From Chrysomallon squamiferum (taxonomy: Eukaryota; Animalia; Mollusca): DNA of 64,000 nucleotides. Position 1 is the stretch's first letter. Each line of letters begins with the position of its first letter. Below, piece by piece: positions 40,501 through 52,500 of the stretch. The notes below the pieces were generated by a model. That model saw only the letters and a program-made list of their open reading frames with translations. It made no database searches and was not told where the DNA came from. The stretch lies in NCBI GenBank assembly GCA_012295275.1, contig CM022672.1:17298001-17362000 (forward strand), read 5' to 3'. A program made the position numbers and the translations under genes.

Positions 40501-43500
40501 TACATGAAATATTTAAATTAAAACACAAACCTAACACTCTTAAAGCAAGCTTAAAGAAAGAAAAAAAAAAAAAAGCAACATTTGAATACCAAAAAGAAAC
40601 TGAGCAATAACAAAAACATTTTAAAATAATAAGGACTTCATAAATGAACAAATATATGTTTTGACACCAAAAACAAACGGACATCTAATAAATGTTCAAA
40701 GCTGAGAAAGCACACACCTTCATAAATAATATCTTACCTTTACTCTGGAGCCATGATCATTTAACAATCCAATTAAAGGAAATTTGGTCAGTGTAATTAT
40801 TTCAAAAATTTATTTCAAAATGGTTCCGATTACACAAACGTGTTACTTGAAATGAGCCTCATTCCTGGCTGGCAATGTCAAACAGAATAAATGAATGTAA
40901 AATTGATTTTTTAGGGGGCTTTACTGCACAATGGCATGCAAAAGGAGATTAACAATTGTCTGCAGTCTAGAAAATACCAAGACAAATGTAAAAATGTTAC
41001 AGTATTGCCACTTTGCTTTGCATCACAAAATATGTACATAAATAGGTGATTGATGCAAGCCATTTTGTAAATTTTTTCTTTATGGTACTGTACATTTTTC
41101 AAAACCAAACAATAAATAAATAATGAGAATTTTTTAGATAAAAAATAATTAAATTTAAAAAAAAGAGGAAGAAAAAAATAAAATGCTGAATAAAATATAA
41201 TACACATTTTGATCTTGTATTTAAGTTATTGTATTTATGTGAAGGTGAAGGCCTACTTTCTAGATATTATAAAATACTGAAAATATTTTGTTGATATGCA
41301 TATAATTGTTTTCACAGTAATAAAAATTAAATTACTATACATATAAATAATTATCACTTTAAAATGTGTTAATGACAAAATTTTACTTGTTGGCCTAAAT
41401 AGCTTAAGATCTAATTTTTAAGTTTCTTTGGTAATTTTTTTTAATTATTTAATAAGTGCCAGCTTTTTGAAAAATATCCATTTAAAGATGCTAGATAACA
41501 TTTTAATTATTATGGAAATGCCAGTCATTCTTCACTATTTAACTTCCAAACAATCTAATATTAATTTATTTTAGTTTTATGGTACTATGTTAAATTAAAT
41601 GCATAAAATCATATCTGATGTTTTTTGATTAACAGTTACAGTGTTAATGGTAGTAGTTGTAGTGATGGTGATAGTTGCGGTGATAGATGGTACTAGTAGT
41701 TGTAGTAGTAGCAGTAAAAGTTTGGTAATTATTTTATCATACCATGAGACAGAAAATCCTAAGCCTGAGGTGTTTGCTGTCAAAAGTCATGAACTTTTAT
41801 TATTAGAAACATCTGCTACACATATGGTTTCTTGCTCACTGCCAATTTTCTCTTTATTATTATTTTTATATATCCTTTTTGTGCTTCTTACTACAGTTAA
41901 ATGCATATTACCATGCCAAAGGATTTGAAATTATTAAGTGAATTTTCTGTTGTAATTTATAAGATCTGAATTTCGAATGATTATTTGCTGCCAATTTTTA
42001 CTACTGCACTGCTCTCTATCTCTGATTATCATTTTAGTTGAGCATCATGTTACAATCAGACTAATAACAGTATTGAAGTTCTATTCTGAATCTACATGAT
42101 TATAATATGGGACTGTACATTTGTATAAATTAATCTGATATGAATCTATTTTCCATAACAAATGGGAATCTTTAATTGCAAGCGAAAATGTTTTTATGTA
42201 CCAAAAACAGAAATTTAGTAAATTTATGACAACTGTGAAAACATATCAGTGTATTTTATATTAATAGATACAGAAAACAGGAAAACCAAACTAATGTCAT
42301 TACTTGGGTTACTCTTGTTGATAAGCATCCAAGGATCTCTTTCAAGCATGTTCCCCAAAAATCCAGAAATAAAGCTGTTGCCTCCCGCTGTACCTTAACA
42401 ACACCAGTTTATTTATTCAGTCACAAGAAACATCCTAAATACTAAATAAATGCTGGTAAATGCATCCATTATTGCTGGACTTGGTAAATCTTGATAATCA
42501 GACAGTGTACAGATGCCAGAAGAGTGTTAAAAGATGGTAGATAAAAATAACATTAAATGTAAACTTCCTCTGATGTGGAGGTTACTTTGTAATGTTTGAG
42601 GCCAGTTTAAACATACATCAATTCCTGAGTGACTGTGGGCAGAGACAATTAAGTCTTCTTTGCGTATCTGTAGCAGATAACAGTATTTTGTAATCAAGAC
42701 TTCCATTATGTATGCTATCATCTTCAACTTTAATTTAAACCCAGGCAGGATTCTATGCCTAAACAACTTGCAGATAAGTTTTAATACTTTTAAAAATAAT
42801 TATTCAGAACTGAAAAAATATGATTTAAAGTTGTTATTTATTGTTGTTGTTGTGATTCATTTTGTTACAGTTTTTAATAAATTGTTGATTGTACACAAAT
42901 GAAGAATGTTACATCCAATATCCTACCTTTGCTACAATGTGATTAAATTAATTTAAAAACAAACTATTATCATGCCTTATAAATACTTCCACTTCAATAT
43001 AATCATTATTAAACCCAGAAGTAATATTTTATTTACTAAAGTTAGTGATCAGGAATCTTACAAAAGATTTGTGATTAAAGTGAAGGTCACCCAATTTCAA
43101 AATGAACTGATTAAGTTGCTAATGCTGCCAAGATATGGATCCAAATACCTATCAGCATGCAACTGAAAAATATGACAACTATGCCTTCATAACTTGTTGG
43201 ATAAGGGAGAAAAAAATAAGGTTCTTCAAAATCCCAGGTGGCTCTTAATAGTTTCGGTGTCTGTTCTACCAACAGGTAAACAGTTTAAACAAACCTGGCT
43301 AACGAGGTGTGAGCTAACTACTTGAGGAAACAATATGTTACATCAGGGCGAGTTATTATAAACACAAAAAAGGATCATGTGGTCATATGGTGTGTGATTT
43401 AGTTAAAGCAAACCTTGATACTTGCCAAGAATTCCCTAACCAAGTAATTTCATTATTCAGCTCTAGAGCATACATTTTTTTTTTTTTTTTTTGATCTCTT

Positions 43501-46500
43501 CAGGCTAGAATGCAGATAAGTAGCACTTAATAATAAAAACATGCAGATTTACACACAATGCTGAAAAAAAACATTACTACCTTTGAGCAGGATGTAGTTT
43601 ATAAGTATTTAGATTTGTTAAAGGATCACTAGGTTCTGTGATCAATCTGCTTTGATCTCAACTTAGTTACATCATGGATCAATTCCTGGATCATATTTTA
43701 TGTTTTAGTCAAATATTTACATCCAGTCTTGGGTCAAACAAATCTGCAAAAAGCTTTTGTCAATGTTGGTGTCATGTTCCAAATGTGAAATAAGAAAAGA
43801 CTTGTTAATAATGTTAGATATATTTCTTTCATCCAAACAGTTGCCAATATATATATATTAAAATTTCAACTCAAAATTTCTTTGCAAAACTTCTTATTTA
43901 CTTGCATTTGAATGTTAATAATTTACAGTTGAAAAAAAATAATTAGAGAAATAAAGGTCTCACAAGAAAACTACCATAAACAACTCAACTTTAGATAAGA
44001 ATGTTTTTTTGTTTTTTTTTTTAAATGGATCATCCTTTTTAAAAACATATTTTTTCTGTGACTTGCAGATAAATGCCCGATAACCTACTGTACAAGAATT
44101 ATACTTGTCAGTTTGATAAGTGGATAAATGAATAAATGTTAACTGTTTAAATTGAAAAAAAAAAAACTTTGTATGTAGATTTGCTGAAGCAGAGAATGTC
44201 AGTTTAAAGGACAAACTGGACCATTCCAATGAATTTGGAATATCAAATAATCCTAATGAAACACTGAAATACTCGTGGGTCTTTTACTTATTTTACTATA
44301 ACAACCATGCAGCAGTCCTAAGTTTGTACCAAGGAAAGTAAAACAAATGAAAATTCTGGTACACACAACAGTAATATTCATTGTTTAATCAAGTGCATGC
44401 AAGTGCTGTCATTTGTGGACCACAGAACTAACCATGATGAACTAAGAAATGGAGAATGGATGCTGCAAAATAATTATCTTTTATACAGTTATCTCATTTA
44501 TCATTTATAGTAGGACCATTTCAAATATTTTATTTATGAATAGGATTATACTCCATCACTTTAAAAAATTTCACTATATTTTTCAGAGAAAAAAACAATG
44601 TTGGAATTAAAAAGGCCATACAGTACAAAGATTACATTCTCTAATCCAATGATTAGTTTAACTATAATAAAATATTTTATAAAATACTAAACAAAACTTT
44701 TTACTGCACTTTGCTGGTGTTTTTCTCTTAAAAAGGATTAAAGAGAATATCAAAGGTAATGCTTGGTGAAGGCGTCCCATTAATCTGACAGGTGGTAATC
44801 CCTCTCCATTAGTCAGGTGTTAAATGAGGCCTGGACTTACTGACCAGATGACCACAACACACATTCTCTGGTACTTACTGTATATAAAGTGGATCATTTT
44901 CATCAGGTGTTAAAATGATGGCTGTGTAATGAATGCGTAACCATTACAAGATCATACTTAATGTCTACAAGATTTACTGTACACATATGCCTACATTATT
45001 GTGTGGTATGTTTCTGTATGTTATATTGACATTGTATCGATGTATGTGTATGTAAATCCTATTTTTAAAATCCTTTAATAAAAAAGTTGAAATAATGAAA
45101 AAATTAAATATTAAAAACAAACATACACACACAACAGAGAACTGTTAAGTAACATCCATGGGTAATTATCATAATTTTACCTTTTTTGATCATATAAAAT
45201 TAACAAATATGATTAATGAGGTTTCTTTATATAAATGCATGAATGCATGTGTGAGATATATTTTGTATGTATATATATATGTATATATATATATATATAT
45301 ATACATTTATTATTTTATTTTTTTCCATGTAGGCCGCCTATACATTATTAATATTATGAATTTATTTTATTACTGGACAATATCCTTTTTACTTATTAAT
45401 ATAGCTGAACAACTGTAAACATATAAAGTAAATTAAAAAACTAAAACTTTGTAACAACCACCACCTGCTGTTTTAGCTGCCTCTTGCCCCGTACATCTTG
45501 AACAGTGTGCATCCTAAGCCAATTTTTCTAATTTCGGCTTTCTAACTCATTGAAATTTCTCTTCATCACTGCTTCAATTGACATGGTATTAGAAGAATGC
45601 TTGTAATTTGGCAACTGTTTGTAGTGTCAGGACATGAAGGGAAAGATAAAAGGAACTTGTACATTTTAGATCCGTGTTTAGTGCTGTCAATAGTAGGGAA
45701 CTGATGTAGCAGCATGCATGGTTCACTTCTCATCAGAAACAGGTGAACAAGGAATTTGTGTTTGATGTATGTACAAACATGTCACATTTGTTTTTATTTT
45801 GTGGCTTTGGTTTAATGCAGAATAATCTCTTCACAAGGATACATGCATGTATACATACAAAGAGAGAGAGAGAGAGATCATTCAATAAATCTTATGTAAA
45901 TTTCTAATTGTTATTTTTAAATTTACATTAATAAAATGTACACAAACAGAGAACTGTTAAGTAATAGGTGTATCATATCTGTAGGTGTAATTATTATAAT
46001 TTGACCTTTACTGGTCATAAAATATATGAATATGATGATTAATGAGGTTCCTTTATCAACAATTTAGCAGGTCAGGGACAAATCTTTAGGCAGTTAAGTT
46101 CAGGTAACATGGCTTAATGATGTCAAACTGTAAAAACCATGTTTCAGAAATATATATATCATTTTATAAGTGTTCATGGATTCATGTATGTGTGTTTGAA
46201 TATACAGTCCTATATAAAATAACAACAACAGTCAAAGTTATTTTACAATATGCATCTTTAACTTTAAGTATCTAAATTATGCGAACACAACATTCCTCCA
46301 ACCCAGTAAACCTGGCACATCTTCTACATCAATCCACAAGTACATGGAAAAACCACAAAGTTTTACATATGTACATACAACACTTTGAAAAAACAATGTT
46401 CAAGTTACAAAATGAACAGTTTTAACAAGCAGGTGACTGACATTCCACGGCACTGTGAAATTCACAACTAAATAAATAATTACGTTTGACAAACAATGCC

Positions 46501-49500
46501 GTTTCACCTGTTACTCATCCAACGTGACTCATAAAGGCGTACTTTCTCTGAAATCTAGGCTACAAGTTACAGCTTTGTCACCAGCCATGAATCAATAGTT
46601 CTAAACCGGTCTGCTCACAAACAGCAGCATGTTGTCTGTGGAATGACCCAGTGCCACGGCCAATTATTAAATAAAGAACCAGCGCTCTGAACAAAGGCTT
46701 AATTAAGCTGTTTTATTTTTATCTTAAAGGAGAAGTATACCAGAAATTAGTTATCGTGTATAAACAAATTTCAAAATAGCAGATTAATTACAAAATACAA
46801 AAATCAGTGTTGTACACTTCAAGATGTATAACTGTCTTTTTTTCTTCAGTAGAACTGGTAAAAGAATATCAAGACTAATATGGATCACTGAAGATGGTTA
46901 GCTGGGCCAAGCCATTTGCAGTGAGAATTTAATTATAGCTCAGCTAGACAGACAATTTACTTCTAATAAGACTGATTTTCTTTCTTTTCTCCACGTTGAC
47001 CTTTTTTTAAATTGTTTTTATCTTTTTTTTGGGGGGGGGAGATGAGTTGTGTTTGTTTTTAGAGGTTGTTTAATGATTACCTAAAAGAGGAAATCTGCTA
47101 TCAATTAACAGCAAGGTATATTTTGTGTGCATCTTCCTATAGTTAAGACAGCTCACACCCACTGCCTCTGTTCACAGAAATTCTTCTATTACATGGGATT
47201 GATTTGCCCAAATGTTTCAACAGATAAAAACAAAAGTACCAATTTCATCGTGTTATGCCAAAATTTTACCTACTGAGAGCAGATGCCACATCCATGCTTC
47301 CCAAGTCATGTATTCATGCTTTTTTTTTAAATGTGCTAAGCACTGACTAAATGAATAATTGTTCATTTTGATGATAAGATGCTGCACCATGATTCACACA
47401 ACTTGAAAGATGATACAAAATTATTAAGAAGATACAAGTGGAATTTACAGATGGTATGGATCAATCTACATGGTTTAATAAACTATTTAAATACATTCAT
47501 TGATCTGAAGTTCCAATATGATAAATGAATTCAGTAATAAAATAAATGACAATATGTAACAGCATCACAACTTATATTTACATTTAGTAGTTATCTGATA
47601 TGATGTAATGAATTTTCATGAACACAATATGCAGCTTTTCATTACATCTAGTATCAACAAAATAACGAAGCAGAAAAAATATATATTAAGATATAATTAA
47701 ATAAACAGATCATCTGTATTAAGGTGATTAAAAACATATAAGTTTTGCTTTTTCTTCATTCATTAACGTCATCATATTAAAAGGCAACCAAACAAAATAA
47801 TTTTATCATAATTATAATAAATGTAGACGTATTCATTTTTGGTTATACTGCATGCATGGTTTATTAGCAGCTTTAAAGTAACATTGAAGGCCCAACAACA
47901 TTTTTATGGGCATTTTTAAAAATAGTTTTTTTAGGGAAAAATAGCGCTTTTGTACCATTATATTAGTTCTGGTTTTAACTATCACCAGCACTGACCATAA
48001 GATACTACCAATCTTGAAATCAATGGCTTAACTATGGCTGGTAATCGTAAATAATAAAGTAAAATTTATATTATAAAAAAAAGTTTTAAAATATATTCCA
48101 TTCTTATGGTGTAACGAATTGAAACTTTTATCTGTTAAAGTTCACAGTAAAATAATGACTTCTGACATGCTCAATTATTTTGGATGTTCTCAATAGGTCA
48201 GATTGGCCAGGATGGAGAATACAAATAAATTACTGCGATGTGATGCAACATGTTTAACACAGGCATTATCTACTGACACAGTAACAGATGTCTGGGAAAG
48301 ATAATAACAGTTTCTACTATAATTAGAGAGTGAATATGTCAAATCCAAATGGTCGAACCAATTCCAGAGAATGAAGGTGAGGGAATACTTCCCATGACAT
48401 AAAATGGTTCGTGAATATATTACATCTGTCACTCAGATATTTAACCTGTTTACTTTACATGTAGAAAACAAAAATAAAACATTCACAAAAGTAAAAGTGG
48501 ATTTTATAAAGAATTTAGAAAAAAATACAACAGAATTACTTATCATTTTTACTCAGGTGAACATTCTGTGTCGTCATGAATATAAGCCATATTTATATAC
48601 ATCTACATACTTACTAATGTTATTAATCAAATGATATACATATATTACCTGCATTTTCTAAAGAAGAATACCATAATGCCAAAAGAAAGTAAGACAACCT
48701 TCAAGTAATGCCAACCTAGTTTACCATAATTCTGAGTCCGAATAAGATAATATCAAATATGCAATAAAAAGGTCACCGAGACATTCATTTCGGTTTGCAA
48801 ACCAAAATATTGATCAGCTCAGTGCAACCGATTACTTCACGTAGAGCTAATATTTCTCCATCCATTTGAACAAATTGCTGTCGACTCAGCACACACGAGT
48901 TCTAGGTTTAAGATGGAGAGAGAGAAAAATAAATCAAGTAATTAGCTTTCTTTGTAAATAGTAAGCTTATTCTGAACATGAAATTCTGGTCATCATGCTG
49001 ACAAAACAGTAAACCAATCTATCAAATATTTTTTTTTGTTTTTTGATATTATACAAATTTGTGTGATAGCACTATTTTTGAAAATAACTGAAATTTCTGT
49101 TTTTATTGCTGGTGATAGTAAATATCACTAGCAGTTTTTGTGATATATTTCAATATATCTCAAATAGCTCATTTCCAGTTGTTATTTTAAAACTATTATA
49201 GCTTCTTGGTTATCTGCAGGCTTTTTCTGCATAAAGCATAAAAGTACTCTTAGAAGAATAGAAAAAACATAATTACATGTCTTTTTGGTATGTAGTTTGT
49301 GTGTTTGTGCCCTTGCATCTTTCAAACATAACAAAAATAATAAAGTTCTCCAACACAAACCAAAAAAAATTATTATATATTAAATTCATTTTCTTGAATA
49401 TAAACCTAAATCTAATTAACATCAATGCTGAAGATGCAAATGTTGTGAATGGCCACAGTCTGCATCAATATATCTGTTACCTGATTTATGCATCTCAGTT

Positions 49501-52500
49501 AATAAGGTAAATATGATGAACAGATGTGGTCAACTTGACACAAAAGCTTATGGATTATACAACATAGCTACAGCATGAATCACATGATTTCACAAAGTAT
49601 ATAAAACAAGGAAATGTTCTACAAATTACAAATATCCTTGAACTACTCAGAATTTGACAACATAGTATATGTACATACATTCATACAGATATAAAATATG
49701 TGCATACATAGGTATATACAAATATTTATACATATGAATACATAGATACACACATACATCCATATATATATGTAACTGCACAGTTTCTGTCATTTCTGTT
49801 TATTTTATGCATCACATAATGATATATATGTGAATAGATATATGTGTAAACAGGTAAACATATCCATGAATAAATTCTTAATGTGTAATTTATAATGATC
49901 TCCATCTGACACTTTTTCTTAATACTGATATAAAAACAACAATTTACTACTAATCACTTGTTGAGAATATGAAACATGTTTTTAAAAATATGAGCCAATT
50001 TCTCTGACTGTTATTTGAAAAACAACAATACTAATAAAAAGATATAACTAGAGAACTGGATTTAAGTCTAAATACAAATTCTGTTTGAATTTCAAGTACT
50101 GCTTATAGAAATAGCCACAGGATTTTTAAAATAACTTGTTCGTGAAATAAAGTTTGTATATATATACAATGTATGTTAAACCATCCAGAAACTGCTTACA
50201 AGAAGTTTTCAATCTGTAGTATCAAAAATATCTGAGATTATGTCTTTATATAAAAAGTGTTTCCTAAAGATTAGTTAAAAAATAAAATAAAAAAAATAAT
50301 AAAAAAATATAATAATTATATATATCACAAAAGATGATTTTTTCTTTAACAATTTGTTACAACATGGTTGTAGTCATTACTTTTATTTACAGATTATTTA
50401 CAAAACATACTTTTGTAACTCCACGTGTTATGTTATTCAACCAATGAAATATAAAAAATAGTTTGAGAATTTTTACCAGCTGGATATTTATCTCTGAACA
50501 GAGTAAACAGTGTGTTACAGGTACTGTCAAGTTAGTCTCAGTGTGAAACGTTGAACAACAGATTAGAAATCTTTAGCCAATAATAAAACACAATTCCGTT
50601 AACTGTTACCAGCTGTTTCAAAATTGTTGATGTTTTTTTTAAATTCTATTTTAAAGTTGTCTTAAACAGCTCAGGTTACTCTTTACAACTGCAAACATGC
50701 ATTTCTATTGTCTATTCACAGTTCTATTTATAGATGATTTTAGTAATAAATGTATGTTATAAAACTGATAATACAGAGATGGAAGTAAAACATGTTGCAT
50801 AAATTATATATTAAAATGAGATTACATTGTTTAATGTACCATGAAACTACCTTTCTGTTTAGAACAATGTCACACTGAAGTATGATGAATCATAGGATCA
50901 ATTCTCACTGGGTTATTTCCCATTCTAGCCAGTGATATACAAGTGAACTTTTATAATTATTATACACAATATTAGAAATAATAACTATGTGTGAATAGTG
51001 TTTAAATATTAGTGATGTGTACTAAAAAATATGTGTGTGTGTGTATGAGTATGAACGTAGATATATGTCACTATCTGCATGAATGAATATATATATATAT
51101 AAAAGGATGTTTAGTATGACAGCAATAATGAACAATGCCTACATTCAGTGTTCTCAATGCTCCATTTAGCAGTTTCTGTTCTGCTGCAGCATTATATTTA
51201 GCCATTTTCAGTGCCCCACTCTCTTTTTCCATCTCTCTAACCTCTCAGCTGTTGGCAATTTACAGCTTAGCATTATGTCATGATAAACAAAAAAACAGTT
51301 AAATTATCAAGCTAATAACCAAAGTTAATTAGTCACACAATGATGGGCTGTATATTGTCTGTAGATAAGACCCCCCTCCACCAAATCTCAAATAATCAAA
51401 TTACATAAACTGTAATAATTTATTTATTAAATATGAATCAGTAGCTTGTTTTAAAGCTGTATTTAAGAAGCAAACTCTTATTTTTCACCAAAATGCTATA
51501 TTGAAAGAAAAATTAATAAATAAATAATAAAGAACAGATAGAATGGATTTAAACAGTGAGGAAAACTACTTATTTTGAATAGTAAATATGTTTTAAGAGT
51601 TTCAGTTTAATACCAAATTTAATAGTGTATAGTATTAATTAATAGCTATATTTACAATTTATTATAGGTAGGTTGTTCAGTAAAAATAACAAGCCAGCTT
51701 TAGACATTTCAGAAATGGAATAATCCATCACAGACTATAAACAATATGAAATGGAACATTTAAATGTAATTCTAATTAAAATCTTGACTTAATGATATGA
51801 GACTATTGTACATGTGTATGTTTAAGCTAAATGTATTTGTATTGGCAGAGTATCATAGGATCCACCCAGTTTATGTGATGTTTGCTGCAGGCCAGTGACT
51901 GCATCCATCTGTCAAACGACTTGTTCCACCTACTTGAAATATTTATTAAAATAGGAGGAAGCTCAGTGCTTTTACATTACATGTTGTGGTGCCATCCATT
52001 ACAGGATCAATCCTCCTAGGTTCATCTATTAGATATTTTCTACATCCAAGCCAGTGTCTATTAGTAATACTGACATATATATAACTGTCCATAAGAGGCT
52101 GATTCCATTAACAGAATATTATTTATTTGCATAGATCTTTTGGAAGCTCTGAAATATGTTAACATTTTGTTTCAATGACTGCAGTAATTAAGATTGTTGA
52201 TCTTGGTGAAATAAAAAGTCAATTGTCAATCTAGAAAATATGACCTATCAAAAAATAAAACCACAAAAAAAAAAAAAAAAAAAAAAATGACACCAGAAAG
52301 TAAAGGTGCATACATATATATTTAGAAAGTTTACTATGCGTCTACAGGTGCATAGTTTATGTTATGTGTTGTGTATTACACACTCTGACAGGTTACAGTG
52401 GCGAATCCACGAGCATGTGACCTTGTATGGTGTCACGCATGACCGGTATCATTAGACACGGAGATCATGCACCCAAACCGCAAAGCCGCTTGGAGTGATC

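Noticed and set aside
40738-40830. Strong minus-strand donor AAG|gtaaga
   Set aside because: No open ATG-led frame reaches the donor (MIMAPE* ends before it) and there is no acceptor; at most a non-coding exon.
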